A stretch of DNA of 64,000 bases from a virus (lineage: Duplodnaviria > Caudoviricetes). The DNA lies in IMG/VR virus record IMGVR_UViG_3300032227_000318, positions 46,482 through 110,481 of that record, one strand, 5' to 3'. Below are positions 53,360 to 63,261 of this stretch, in pieces; position 1 is the stretch's first letter, and each line of letters opens with the position of its first letter. A program made the position numbers and the translations under genes. Below the pieces are notes generated by a model, which saw nothing but the letters and a program-made list of their open reading frames with translations, ran no database searches and had not been told where the DNA came from.

Positions 53360-54400
53360 TCAAAGTTCAATCCATTCTTTGTTAGTAAGTGACCAGTCAA
53401 CAACTTCTTTGATACGCTCTTTTAGAGTTAGTCTAGGTTCCCAACCAAGTTCACGCATGTAGTCTCCAGACAATGCATAGCGCAAATCATGGCCTGGTCG
53501 TGAAGTATGGAAGTCAATCAACTCATACACAGGTTCTTTACCAACAGCGCCTGCAATATACTTGACAAGCTGTAGATTATCAATCTCTTCTTTGCCCACA
53601 ACGTTAAACTTAGGACACTTAGCGCCACCAAAATCAGGTGTATAGATGCTCTTTAGTTGTTCTTCATTCAAGTTCAGCAAGAAATACATTGCTTCAGCAA
53701 CATCTTTGCCGTGAATATAGAAGCGTGAACCAGGAATAGTCTTCGTTGAATCTGAATGAATGAAAATCTTTTCACCATCACGGATCTTACGAATACACAT
53801 AGGGATAAACTTCTCTGGATGCTGACGTTCACCAAAGACATTCATTGTATGAGTAATGAAGATCGGCAGCTTGTAAGTGTTCTCATATGCAACGCAGAAC
53901 TCTTCAGCAGCGGCCTTAGAAGCAGAGTAAGGATTCGTAGAGTTATAACGATCACGTTCCTTGTATGCAACACCATTTGGTGCGATGCCAAAGATTTCAT
54001 CTGTGCTGAAGTAAATGAAACGCTCAAGATTCTTTAAGGTTCTTGCGTAATTAAGCAGATGAACAGTACCAATAGTATTGTCCATAACAAATTCCATAGG
54101 ATGAGAGATAGATCGATCAACATGTGAAGACGCTGCCAAATGTAAAATTATGTTAACATCACCGATAAGATTGCGGTTAATTTCAGCAATCTCAGCCTTA
54201 AGATCATGCCAAACAATCTTGACACGCTTACGAACTTCCGGCGGATACTGTCGAACAACATTGTCTAGCCGATTTAGATTACCTGAGTAATCAAGTCTAT
54301 CTAGAGAAATAATTTCCCAATCGGTCTTCTTTAGAAAAAGATCAATGATGTGATGACCAATGAAACCTGCACCACCTGTAATTAATACTCGCTTAGTCAT
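53360..54400 (-). CDS. rmlB: dTDP-glucose 4,6-dehydratase-like protein
   Basis: TGGAGFIG, AASSHVDRS, STDE, PYSASK, RPGHDLRY. Confidence 0.85.
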   Translation of the reverse strand: MTKRVLITGGAGFIGHHIIDLFLKKTDWEIISLDRLDYSGNLNRLDNVVRQYPPEVRKRVKIVWHDLKAEIAEINRNLIGDVNIILHLAASSHVDRSISHPMEFVMDNTIGTVHLLNYARTLKNLERFIYFSTDEIFGIAPNGVAYKERDRYNSTNPYSASKAAAEEFCVAYENTYKLPIFITHTMNVFGERQHPEKFIPMCIRKIRDGEKIFIHSDSTKTIPGSRFYIHGKDVAEAMYFLLNLNEEQLKSIYTPDFGGAKCPKFNVVGKEEIDNLQLVKYIAGAVGKEPVYELIDFHTSRPGHDLRYALSGDYMRELGWEPRLTLKERIKEVVDWSLTNKEWIEL

Positions 54401-55134
54401 TATGAACCTTTCTTATATCCTGCAAATGTGATCTGTCTATCATCATATGTATAGTCAACCCCAAACTTCTCTTTCATATACTTCGGGAAAAACTCTCTCA
54501 TTAAATATTCCATATCTCTGAAAGCATCTGACTTATCGTACCAACTTTCTGTACGCATATGTTTTACTGTTGTATTATGGACAACATGTGCTGTACATTG
54601 TAGCAGATAACACATTACTTTGTCAATACCCCATTCAGAAACTTTATACTCATAATCATTCAGAAATTCCAAAAACTTTCTGAATATATCATTTCTAAAG
54701 AATGGCACACCGGTTTCAATGAAGTTGGTTTCAGTAAAGACAAATTCTGGATTATGCTTTAGGCAGTCATAGAAGTTATAAGAGATTGCTGCTTGCTGGA
54801 ATAATCTGAAATCGAATTTTCTGGCCAAAGCTAATGCATGATTGACAGATTGGATGTCTGTTGCATAATCATCATCCCATGTGCCAATGTAGTCGTAGTC
54901 TTCCCACTTGATCATCTTACAAATTTCAGGAATCAATTTGAATTTGAGTCCCTTCTTACGAATGATCATGTCATATGTACCAGGTTCTGGCTCAAAGTCA
55001 TCTTTGTAGACAACCACACAAACATCATATGTGGCTTCAGGCTTACGGAATCTCCAATGATTTTCTTTATCATATTCATCTGAGAAATAGATATTGGTAG
55101 CTGTAGGAGTTATGATTAAAGCTTTACGCTTCAT
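54400..55134 (-). CDS. Putative GT-A glycosyltransferase (DUF707-like)
   Basis: WDDD, TNFIE..VPFF, WGID. Confidence 0.55.
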   Translation of the reverse strand: MKRKALIITPTATNIYFSDEYDKENHWRFRKPEATYDVCVVVYKDDFEPEPGTYDMIIRKKGLKFKLIPEICKMIKWEDYDYIGTWDDDYATDIQSVNHALALARKFDFRLFQQAAISYNFYDCLKHNPEFVFTETNFIETGVPFFRNDIFRKFLEFLNDYEYKVSEWGIDKVMCYLLQCTAHVVHNTTVKHMRTESWYDKSDAFRDMEYLMREFFPKYMKEKFGVDYTYDDRQITFAGYKKGS

Positions 55135-56030
55135 GGGTTGATCACACCTTTATAAACATTATTTTTAAACCAAAGCCGGAACCTGTTCATATCCATATAC
55201 TTGTTATATGGTTCTTTCCAGTTATTGAAGAGAGGTTGTAAGTACATCTCTTCATATAATTCTGGCGTCTGATCTACTTTAAGGATAGCATCAAAGAATG
55301 CATCATCATTTTGATAGTCATGCCAGTTTAGAAAAGCTTTGGGATTGAAGTCACACTCAATTGTTGTGCTTCCCCAATATATAGGCACTGTGCCGCCCAT
55401 ATATGCTTCGTAAAGCTTTTCTGTAGCATAACCGGCATAGCTAGAGTTTTCGAAGCATAGATTGAATTTATAGTCATTCAAAAACTTCATCTTGGCTGAT
55501 ACAGACTCTTCACCTCTAGGTAAAACATATCCAATGTTATTGAATAGAGGGCCGCCGCTACCAACCTTCTTGTAATCATTTAATCTTAGAAAGAAATAGT
55601 TCCTCTTATCACATGCACCATTCTTAACAACAAAAGAACAAAAGTTATCATTGAATTTCTTATAAAGGTCTTCAGCATGACGTTCAATAGTCTTGGTGTT
55701 TGCAACGTTTCTAAATTGATTATCATAGTCATAGATGACATATAGTGGCAGACGATAATGACGCTCATCATCTATATGATCAAATGAAATGGCATAGTGA
55801 TAAGCATAGTTGCTAGGCCTCTCATTCTCTCCTGTGTAGAAGATTTTTATACATCTCTTATCATTGAAAGAGTTATTATTGTCACCAAAATTTCTATCAC
55901 CAAAGATAAGATAATCAGGCATAACATCGTCACGCACTATCTCATAGTCTTCAGAGAGAATATTCATAAAGAAGTTTGAAATTGCTCCAAACGTATCTGT
56001 GAATCCAAGTTTAAGAATAGGCTTAACCAT
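55131..56030 (-). CDS. GT10 alpha-1,3-fucosyltransferase-like protein
   Basis: YKFNLCFENSS..GY.TEK...PIYWG. Confidence 0.85.
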   Translation of the reverse strand: MVKPILKLGFTDTFGAISNFFMNILSEDYEIVRDDVMPDYLIFGDRNFGDNNNSFNDKRCIKIFYTGENERPSNYAYHYAISFDHIDDERHYRLPLYVIYDYDNQFRNVANTKTIERHAEDLYKKFNDNFCSFVVKNGACDKRNYFFLRLNDYKKVGSGGPLFNNIGYVLPRGEESVSAKMKFLNDYKFNLCFENSSYAGYATEKLYEAYMGGTVPIYWGSTTIECDFNPKAFLNWHDYQNDDAFFDAILKVDQTPELYEEMYLQPLFNNWKEPYNKYMDMNRFRLWFKNNVYKGVINP

Positions 56031-57054
56031 TATTAACCTGCTCCTCAATCCAGTTGTATGTCCAAATAATACCATCCTTGAGAGAATGCTTTGGTTTCCA
56101 ACCTAGTTTTTCTTCAATCAATCTATTATGTGAGTTACGACCACGAACACCGAGAGGCCCAGGTATATGTACTATCTCCAAATTCTTACCGCGGACTTGC
56201 ATTGCAGTCTTAGCAAGATTGTTGATTGTTACCATCTCTTCTGAACCAATGTTTACAGGCCCCATGAAATCGGACCCCATCAACATTCTCACAGCATCAA
56301 TGCAGTCATCAATGTACAAGAATGATCGTGTTTGTTCGCCATCATTCCATACTTCAATTGATTGATTCGCCTCAATTACCTTACGACACATAGCCGCTGG
56401 TGCCTTTTCTTTTCCGCCATTCCATGTGCCAAGAGGACCATAGATGTTATGAAAGCGGGCAATACGAACAGGAATTTTATAGTTACGATTATACGCAAGA
56501 TACAAACGTTCACTGAATAGCTTCTCCCATCCATATTCTGAATCTGGGTTTGCAGGATATGCCGAAGATTCTTCACAGTTTGGATTATCTGGGTCCAACT
56601 GATTGTGTTCAGGATACATACATGCTGATGAAGAATAAAATATCTTTGTCTTATTGACCTTATAAGTTTTGTTCATGTCAGCAACAGCATTGAGTACATT
56701 CAGATTGATGGCTGCTGAGTTATGCATCACATCTGCATCATGATCACCTGAGAAGATATAACCTGCGCCGCCCATATCGGCTGCGAACTGATAGATTTCA
56801 TCAAACGGTAAATCAAACTGTCTAGCCCATGTTTGGTGTGGCCCACGACTAGAACCTGCCCAACCAATTAATTCTTGAGCATTGACCGGATCACGTAAGT
56901 CACGTACAACAAAATGGTCTGCTTCAGACTTGCTATATTCTGGATATTTAAGGTCTACACCTCGAACCCAATAACCTTCTTTCTTCAATCGGCTGACCAT
57001 ATGATTACCGATAAAACCGCCTGCGCCTAGTACGAGTGCTGTCTTCTTAGTCAT
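56023..57054 (-). CDS. GDP-mannose 3,5-epimerase-like SDR
   Basis: GAGGFIG, AADMGG.G, SSACMYP, YGWEK, EKAPAA.CRK. Confidence 0.85.
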   Translation of the reverse strand: MTKKTALVLGAGGFIGNHMVSRLKKEGYWVRGVDLKYPEYSKSEADHFVVRDLRDPVNAQELIGWAGSSRGPHQTWARQFDLPFDEIYQFAADMGGAGYIFSGDHDADVMHNSAAINLNVLNAVADMNKTYKVNKTKIFYSSSACMYPEHNQLDPDNPNCEESSAYPANPDSEYGWEKLFSERLYLAYNRNYKIPVRIARFHNIYGPLGTWNGGKEKAPAAMCRKVIEANQSIEVWNDGEQTRSFLYIDDCIDAVRMLMGSDFMGPVNIGSEEMVTINNLAKTAMQVRGKNLEIVHIPGPLGVRGRNSHNRLIEEKLGWKPKHSLKDGIIWTYNWIEEQVNNG

Positions 57055-57952
57055 TGTATTTCTCCATGATTTTGTTCATCCACGCGGGCGTGCGATCATA
57101 TTGATGCACGATCACATACTTTGTATTATTATCTGACACAACATAACCTTCATCATTAATTTGAGGCTGAAAATCAAAATACTTTGTCATATATGAATCT
57201 AGGTTGCGAGGGTCTTGCAATACAGATTGACCTATATCACCAAAGCCAGACTTTACGGCTTCAAGTGTAGTGCCAAGTTGAATTGCCCATGCGTCACTGT
57301 TATATGTTTGCTTCATAATTTTCTTGAATGGCTTCTGTTGCAACAAAACATTATAAACAGCTTGATCAACAATAGGAATTGGTCTGTTGATCGACATTTG
57401 GAAAATCATAAAGAACATGTCTCTTACATACAAAGATTCACCTGCAATCACACCAACATTATTGATTATAGCACTCTTGTATAAGTTATGGAAGTAAGGC
57501 CCGAAAGCTTGTAGAAGATTAGTATTTCCCCAAGGTTCATCTTCATAGCGAAGACCTTCAGATGAAGATATCATCGTATAGCGTTCAAGCGTGAGATTTT
57601 CTTCAATCCATGCAGAAGGATTTGTCTGAAATACCACATCGCGCGTATCAGTGGCAATCACATAATCATAATTATCACCTTTTTGATTCAACCAATTCCA
57701 CATATAGAAGAAACGCTCAACATGAGGTGCACCATTGCTGTTCGCTTTTATGCTGCCGTCTTCTTGCATCTTGCCGTATAATTCTAGAATAACACCTTCA
57801 GACTGCAACTTATCAATAGTTACTTTGCTCATGTTTGTTGCACATAGAACAATATCACCAGTGAAACCTGAACGCTTGATTGAGTTGACCCAATACTTCA
57901 ATTGGTCCCAAGTGTAATTAGATGCGCCGCCAATAATCAAATCTTTCTTCAT
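57047..57952 (-). CDS. Putative glycosyltransferase
   Basis: TDTRDVVFQ.NP, DQAVYN, HQYDR. Confidence 0.65.
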   Translation of the reverse strand: MKKDLIIGGASNYTWDQLKYWVNSIKRSGFTGDIVLCATNMSKVTIDKLQSEGVILELYGKMQEDGSIKANSNGAPHVERFFYMWNWLNQKGDNYDYVIATDTRDVVFQTNPSAWIEENLTLERYTMISSSEGLRYEDEPWGNTNLLQAFGPYFHNLYKSAIINNVGVIAGESLYVRDMFFMIFQMSINRPIPIVDQAVYNVLLQQKPFKKIMKQTYNSDAWAIQLGTTLEAVKSGFGDIGQSVLQDPRNLDSYMTKYFDFQPQINDEGYVVSDNNTKYVIVHQYDRTPAWMNKIMEKYND

Positions 57953-57954
57953 AA

Positions 57955-58680
57955 TTAACCTTTCACGTAAAAATCATCACATCTGGAAATTTCATGGAAC
58001 TTTCTTTTGTATCCATTCTGAACTAAGAGAGCATGTATCTTTTCTCTGTCTTGAACAATGTAGTTATGCTCAACTGTCATTGTCTTGATAGTATACTTCT
58101 TTGGATTATCAAAGAAGGCCTTCAGAATAACATACTCGCTGCCTTCAGTATCAATAGAAAGATAGTCGATCTCTTCAGGTGCTTCATACTTATCTAGTAA
58201 ATCGACCAAAGAGATTGTCTTAACTAGAATGGTTTGGCCTTCGTTTCTAGCTGCTTCATGTTCGTCTTTAGCTGCAAGTTCTTTGATAGATGAAAGATCG
58301 GGAACATTAGATGCGATAAACTCAATCTCTTTGCCTGTCTCAGAGTATACACACTCTTTTGATATATGGCGATTCGACCTATTCTTCTCTAGTGCTTCAT
58401 GCCAGTACGGATTTGGCTCAGCAAGAATGCCCTGCCATCCATATTTTTCTTGCAGTAGAAGAGTATTGCTGATCGATATACCATCAGTTGCACCAAATTC
58501 TACGAAATATCCATCTCGCTTATAGTTTGTTTCATATAGAACAAAAACATCCTGATAGTTCTGAGATTGACTATCATTTGCATTAGCTAGACAATGACCA
58601 ATGAACTTAAGCTCTTCACTGATTCTGAGCATGATGTTTGGGCTTTTTCTAACCTCATATATTAAAGCTGATAAATCCAT
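57955..58680 (-). CDS. FkbM-family methyltransferase
   Basis: VEFGATDG..SNT, SIDTEGSE. Confidence 0.85.
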   Translation of the reverse strand: MDLSALIYEVRKSPNIMLRISEELKFIGHCLANANDSQSQNYQDVFVLYETNYKRDGYFVEFGATDGISISNTLLLQEKYGWQGILAEPNPYWHEALEKNRSNRHISKECVYSETGKEIEFIASNVPDLSSIKELAAKDEHEAARNEGQTILVKTISLVDLLDKYEAPEEIDYLSIDTEGSEYVILKAFFDNPKKYTIKTMTVEHNYIVQDREKIHALLVQNGYKRKFHEISRCDDFYVKG

Positions 58681-59468
58681 TATCTTTTAATCCATGGTAA
58701 GTTGTTGTTATAGTGTTCAAGCTGTCTTTTATTTCCTTCAATGAAGAACTTTCCGTCAACAGAGCCAGGGTTACCATCTAAACGATAGCAAAGTGTATGC
58801 TTGTAATTTGTATCCCACTTGGCATTATCTTTAACGCAGTATAGATACCTGCGATCACCGCCCCAACCAGAATGCCAGAGATGACATGTTTGTTGCAGGA
58901 AGTTTCGCTCAAATGCAAATGATGATGTATCTACCAGGAAATGCTCGTCTTGACCATTACGTGGATCACGTTCACCAGTATAGTTGTTATGTGTGAAATA
59001 GATAGGCCACTTACCTAATGCTTCACAGTTATCATCACAAACATATGTCTTATCAGGTTGATAAATCTTACGCAATGAATACGCAAAGTGATTACCACGA
59101 CCAAGCACTTCAACCAATGATCTGACATGTTCTGGATCATACCAGTTATCTTCGTCTAGAAAGAAAATGTAGTCGGCGTTAAGAAGATGAGGAATACCAG
59201 CATAGATGCGATGGCCATAGAAACCATCTTTGCCTGTATTAAAGGGTATTGTTGTTACTACTATATTATCAGAACTTTTGTCTTCATAATCAAGTGTTAC
59301 TGGAAGACGATCCATAACATTTTTCCAATATTCAACTCCATCAACCACAATCAAATGTTTGATGTTAGAATATGTTTGCTCTTGAACAGAGCGAATAGCG
59401 TCAGCTAATTTGGGAGAACCGATTGTCGGAGTAACAACGATAACAGATTTTTCAATATTGAGTTTCAT
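58680..59468 (-). CDS. GT2 glycosyltransferase
   Basis: VVTPT, VVDG, FLDEDN. Confidence 0.8.
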   Translation of the reverse strand: MKLNIEKSVIVVTPTIGSPKLADAIRSVQEQTYSNIKHLIVVDGVEYWKNVMDRLPVTLDYEDKSSDNIVVTTIPFNTGKDGFYGHRIYAGIPHLLNADYIFFLDEDNWYDPEHVRSLVEVLGRGNHFAYSLRKIYQPDKTYVCDDNCEALGKWPIYFTHNNYTGERDPRNGQDEHFLVDTSSFAFERNFLQQTCHLWHSGWGGDRRYLYCVKDNAKWDTNYKHTLCYRLDGNPGSVDGKFFIEGNKRQLEHYNNNLPWIKR

Positions 59469-59537
59469 GATATACCTATTAGAATGAGAGGATGCTATTA
59501 TATAGCACCCTCCGCATAGTGTCAAGTTTTAGTTTAG

Positions 59538-59687
59538 TTACCAGTTACTTCTTTGTGCATGAGACATGCGATCCCATTCACGCTGAAGATGTTCTAGATG
59601 AACTTGATCTGTAGCCTGTGAAAGATAATTATAAAGACGGTCTTGTTCACTTCTTAATTTGAACCAAGATTTGATCATCTTTAACAT
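59538..59687 (-). CDS. 49-aa DUF3563-like protein
   Basis: YLSQATD..HLE..QR.WD (manual translation); coupled to hsp20. Confidence 0.5.
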   Translation of the reverse strand: MLKMIKSWFKLRSEQDRLYNYLSQATDQVHLEHLQREWDRMSHAQRSNW

Positions 59688-60190
59688 TACTTGTCGCCAT
59701 ACTTTTCAGACAAGAACTGCTTGGTCGGTTCGCCATTATGTGCAGACTCGTTTGTTGTACCAATGTTGATCTTCTTCGGCTTCTTTTCTTCAGGAATGAA
59801 GCGTTCAAGCCAAATCTTGAGCATACCATTGATCAAGTCCGCATTCTTGACTTCAACAGTATCAGCAAGAGTAAACTGGCGAGTGAATGCTCGTTCAGCA
59901 ATACCCTTATAGATATAGTCGGCGTCTTCAGATGAAACATTACCCTTGATGGTGAGTGTACCATCTTGCAGTTCAAGTTCAAGATCCTGCTTGCCAAAAC
60001 CTGCAACGGCCAACTCAATCACATACTTGTTTTCATCAACCTTCTTGATGTTGTATGGAGGATAAGTTGGAATCTTAGGCATGGCTTCACTCATCTCAGC
60101 TAGACGCTTGAGAATAGGTTCAAAGCCGATTGTTGTATTGAATTGCTTGGCAAAAGAAAATGGATCGTAGTTTAACTTGGGTGTGTGCAT
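59687..60190 (-). CDS. hsp20: Small heat shock protein (IbpA-like)
   Basis: YPPYNI, LAVAGF, GIAERAF.R.F.LA, NGML. Confidence 0.95.
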   Translation of the reverse strand: MHTPKLNYDPFSFAKQFNTTIGFEPILKRLAEMSEAMPKIPTYPPYNIKKVDENKYVIELAVAGFGKQDLELELQDGTLTIKGNVSSEDADYIYKGIAERAFTRQFTLADTVEVKNADLINGMLKIWLERFIPEEKKPKKINIGTTNESAHNGEPTKQFLSEKYGDK

Positions 60191-60194
60191 TTGT

Positions 60195-60244
60195 AACTCC
60201 TATATTAGCAAGTTGATTATAATCTCTTCCCATTAGGCGAAGAG
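60195..60244 (-). promoter_or_regulatory. ROSE-like RNA thermometer
   Basis: AAC-UUGCU-aauau-AGGAG-UU hairpin with bulged G over the SD, preceded by a second hairpin. Confidence 0.7.
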
Positions 60245-60245
60245 T

Positions 60246-60316
60246 TGGAGCGGGGGTAAGATTCGACACTTACATCACCTTGAGGGTATCAAGGCATTTT
60301 CATTAAACTACCCCGC
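60246..60316 (-). tRNA. Degenerate tRNA-Gly-like gene (ACC?)
   Basis: GCGGGG/CCCCGC-U-CCA; no D-loop GG; 8-nt T loop. Confidence 0.5.
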
Positions 60317-60366
60317 AAATGTGAGATACGCAATACTGAATTCTCACATTGTTATATAGTTCACTA

Positions 60367-60864
60367 TTATACTACATTTTTACTATTAGTCAATCTTTTT
60401 TTGAGAAAAGATATAAGTTCTGGTCGACCAATATGGGTTACTCCAGCGCGTTCCTTTATCTCTTTATTAGTAGGAAAACGATTTAATTCATCGAAGAGTT
60501 CAATAACTGCTGTTGTTATTTTTCTTCCATGATGGATATTTTTTACTTTACCTTTTCCTTTCGCTCTATTACATGAGAAACATAAAACTTTTAAATTATT
60601 AGAACGATGATCCGTAGAATCTGAGTTTATATGATCTAGTCCTAATCGCAGTTGACTACCACATTGAACACATCTATAGTCTGCATTTTCAAAAAATTGC
60701 TTGATAGTTTTTGTATCCGGAGATGAGCAACCGAACTGAGGTTGTCTATTCCAATTCTGCTTCATCGGACCTATTTGTGGAGGACTAATTGCAGCGACTA
60801 AAGCTGATATAGCTTCTTCTTCTGAAATGCCTGTCACTTCTATAAGTCTAGATAAAGTTTTCAT
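60367..60864 (-). CDS. HNH endonuclease
   Basis: CVQCG...LDHI...NL.VLC.SCN. Confidence 0.8.
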   Translation of the reverse strand: MKTLSRLIEVTGISEEEAISALVAAISPPQIGPMKQNWNRQPQFGCSSPDTKTIKQFFENADYRCVQCGSQLRLGLDHINSDSTDHRSNNLKVLCFSCNRAKGKGKVKNIHHGRKITTAVIELFDELNRFPTNKEIKERAGVTHIGRPELISFLKKRLTNSKNVV

Positions 60865-60975
60865 GATTCCGCAACAACTTTTTTTGGTCTACCGCGACCT
60901 CTTTTCACAGGTGCTTCATTAGGAATTGTAATCTGTGCTTCAGACACTAATGCTAATCCTACTTGTCCTGTTGTG

Positions 60976-61494
60976 CTATATTATTTTTACGTTTATTCCG
61001 GTAGAACCCATACCGCCTTCACGTTCAGACTTCTGACCTGGTCTTTCAAAAATTTCCCAGAGTACATACTTCTGCATCTGAATCATTTCGCCTTGTGCGA
61101 TACGATCACCGTTATTAATCATGTGGCCGTTGTCTGACAAGTTATACATGAGAATGTAGAGTTCATCAACATAATCAGCATCAATGACACCTTCACTATT
61201 AGCCAGAGTTAGACCCTGCTTCAGTGAAATGCCTGAACGCGGATGAATTCTTACTGAGTGACCTTCGGGAATATCCAGAATTAGTCCTGTTGGAATTAAA
61301 ACTCTTTCGTGAGGTCCAACATAGATATTGCCGTTCTTCATACCGCGAGTGAATGCTGAATTGAAGTTGTTATATCCTTTGAATTCAATTTTACCATACG
61401 TTTGACATGCAATATCAAAACATGCAGCTTGCTTTGTCAGAAATGTTGGAAGCGACACTGAAGGGTGTGTCTTGTAAACATTTAGTCTATCCAT
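60976..61494 (-). CDS. dut: Trimeric dUTPase
   Basis: FDI, PRSG, NSEGVIDADY, RIAQ, R.GGMGSTG. Confidence 0.93.
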   Translation of the reverse strand: MDRLNVYKTHPSVSLPTFLTKQAACFDIACQTYGKIEFKGYNNFNSAFTRGMKNGNIYVGPHERVLIPTGLILDIPEGHSVRIHPRSGISLKQGLTLANSEGVIDADYVDELYILMYNLSDNGHMINNGDRIAQGEMIQMQKYVLWEIFERPGQKSEREGGMGSTGINVKII

Positions 61495-61512
61495 AATATA
61501 TCTCCGTTGTTA

Positions 61513-62811
61513 TTATCTTGAAATTTCTTCCCAGTCCATAGATCCGTAGACACTCTCGCCATTAGTTTTAGCTGCCAACACAAGAGAGATTTCTAACGGC
61601 GTTCCCGTAAAACTGTTTCTTTCTAGCTGAAATTTAAACAGTGCTTCTTTGAGAATATCCACAGATACGCTGGTGCTTGCCGTTGATGTAAAGTAACCAG
61701 ATGCAAGGGTTCTGCCACCTGAAGTGCCAGTGCCTGTTATGTTATATTCAACAGCACTATCAGCACCTGCACTTACCCATGTTCCGCCTGTTGTAGTGGT
61801 GCTTGCTCTTACCTGCCAGTTGAAGTTACTTGCTGTGTCAGCGATACAAGATAATGCAGTAAGAATTACTACAGCATCTAGTGAGGTTGTTTTTAGTCTT
61901 AATGAAACAATTGGGTAAAATGTTCCTGCTGTAGCCAAACTACGTGACGCAGTTATTGGAGTACCTATTGCTTGCTGCGAACCTCGAAGTTCGTATCCAC
62001 CTTCAGAGATTACAGATGAGCAGACTTGTTTTAACAAGCTATTGCTGGTTGTTTCGCCTGTGTTTTTGATTTCATATCTCAAAGGTAGAGATGCTGTTGT
62101 CATGTAGGTTGATGTGATATAGTTTGCATGATGAAACGAATGACAATGAATAAGTCTACCGTCAATCACAAAGCCACATCTAACTGTACCTAAACCTAGC
62201 CACTCAATATCAGAAAAGAAAATCTGAGCTTTTGTCAGATCAAGTGTTATCAAAGAAGGACCAGTGCCATCTAGAGGGTCAAAATTCCAGTCAGCCTTTT
62301 CAACTCTGGTTTCTGTTACTGCACCTGTATTGAAACTTCTTTCAACAAAGTAAATGTTTGTGCCGTCTTGTTCAAGATAGATACCGTTGTTAGCACCATA
62401 ATAACCAACTCTCTGTCTGAGATTAGTTTTAGGTGGTGACATAACTAACGTGTTCAATATTTGTAAAGATTTACCTGGCTGATAAGAGAATACTTTTGTA
62501 GTTTCACGGATAATTTCATCGTTATTGGCTGTACCGATGGCCAAGTTCATAAGGCCTTCGTTAGCTGAGAATGTAATAGATGTGTTGTTGGTGTTTGACT
62601 GAACCCAAAGACCGTTGTCTCTATATCTATGTGATGAATCAAATAGAGTCAATGGTGTTGTTACTCTAGCACGACCGAATGCATCAACTGACATACCTGA
62701 AGGATTTGCTGGACCAACAATATTGCCATACTGATCAGAATGCATCATAACTTCAAATATTGTCTTACTGTCTGGTAAGTATTGGTTGGTATCTCTACGG
62801 TACTGGGCCAT
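61513..62811 (-). CDS. Probable virion structural protein
   Basis: DAFGRARV, YQPGKS, DIEWLGLG; beta-rich. Confidence 0.55.
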   Translation of the reverse strand: MAQYRRDTNQYLPDSKTIFEVMMHSDQYGNIVGPANPSGMSVDAFGRARVTTPLTLFDSSHRYRDNGLWVQSNTNNTSITFSANEGLMNLAIGTANNDEIIRETTKVFSYQPGKSLQILNTLVMSPPKTNLRQRVGYYGANNGIYLEQDGTNIYFVERSFNTGAVTETRVEKADWNFDPLDGTGPSLITLDLTKAQIFFSDIEWLGLGTVRCGFVIDGRLIHCHSFHHANYITSTYMTTASLPLRYEIKNTGETTSNSLLKQVCSSVISEGGYELRGSQQAIGTPITASRSLATAGTFYPIVSLRLKTTSLDAVVILTALSCIADTASNFNWQVRASTTTTGGTWVSAGADSAVEYNITGTGTSGGRTLASGYFTSTASTSVSVDILKEALFKFQLERNSFTGTPLEISLVLAAKTNGESVYGSMDWEEISR

Positions 62812-63215
62812 TAAACTTCCTTGCGCTTCTTGCCTATGTTATATTTAGCTACAAGGTTCCACTCAGACTTTTCTTTATGAGAGATGATCTTGATCTGCGA
62901 TAGCGGCGCTGTTAAATCTTTACTCTTATTAGGATTTACTAGATCACAAAGATTCCATTCATGTAATAGATTAGCGATTGTATTTCTACGTGCTTTATCA
63001 TCATCATCAAAATCTGATTTTTTACCGTCTAATAAAAACAACTCTTTGAAATGAACGATATAATATTTACCTTGCTTATGTAAAATATGACAAGATTGAT
63101 ATAATGTCTTTTCTTTTTTTGAAGCTACGCCGATACGAGAAAGAGTTTCTTTGACTTTCAGAAAATCGTCCGGCTCATTTAGTACCACCTGTATTAGTTC
63201 TTCTAGGTTTAGCAT
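62811..63215 (-). CDS. regA: Translational repressor
   Basis: FLKVKETLSRIG, LYQSCHILHKQG.YYIVHFKE. Confidence 0.97.
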   Translation of the reverse strand: MLNLEELIQVVLNEPDDFLKVKETLSRIGVASKKEKTLYQSCHILHKQGKYYIVHFKELFLLDGKKSDFDDDDKARRNTIANLLHEWNLCDLVNPNKSKDLTAPLSQIKIISHKEKSEWNLVAKYNIGKKRKEV

Positions 63216-63261
63216 TCAGACCACCTTTATTTTATTATTATAGTCAATTTTATAGTCTGAT

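Noticed and set aside
239-61918. All plus-strand ORFs in the track
   Set aside because: They are antisense shadows of minus-strand genes or tRNAs, with no recognisable motifs
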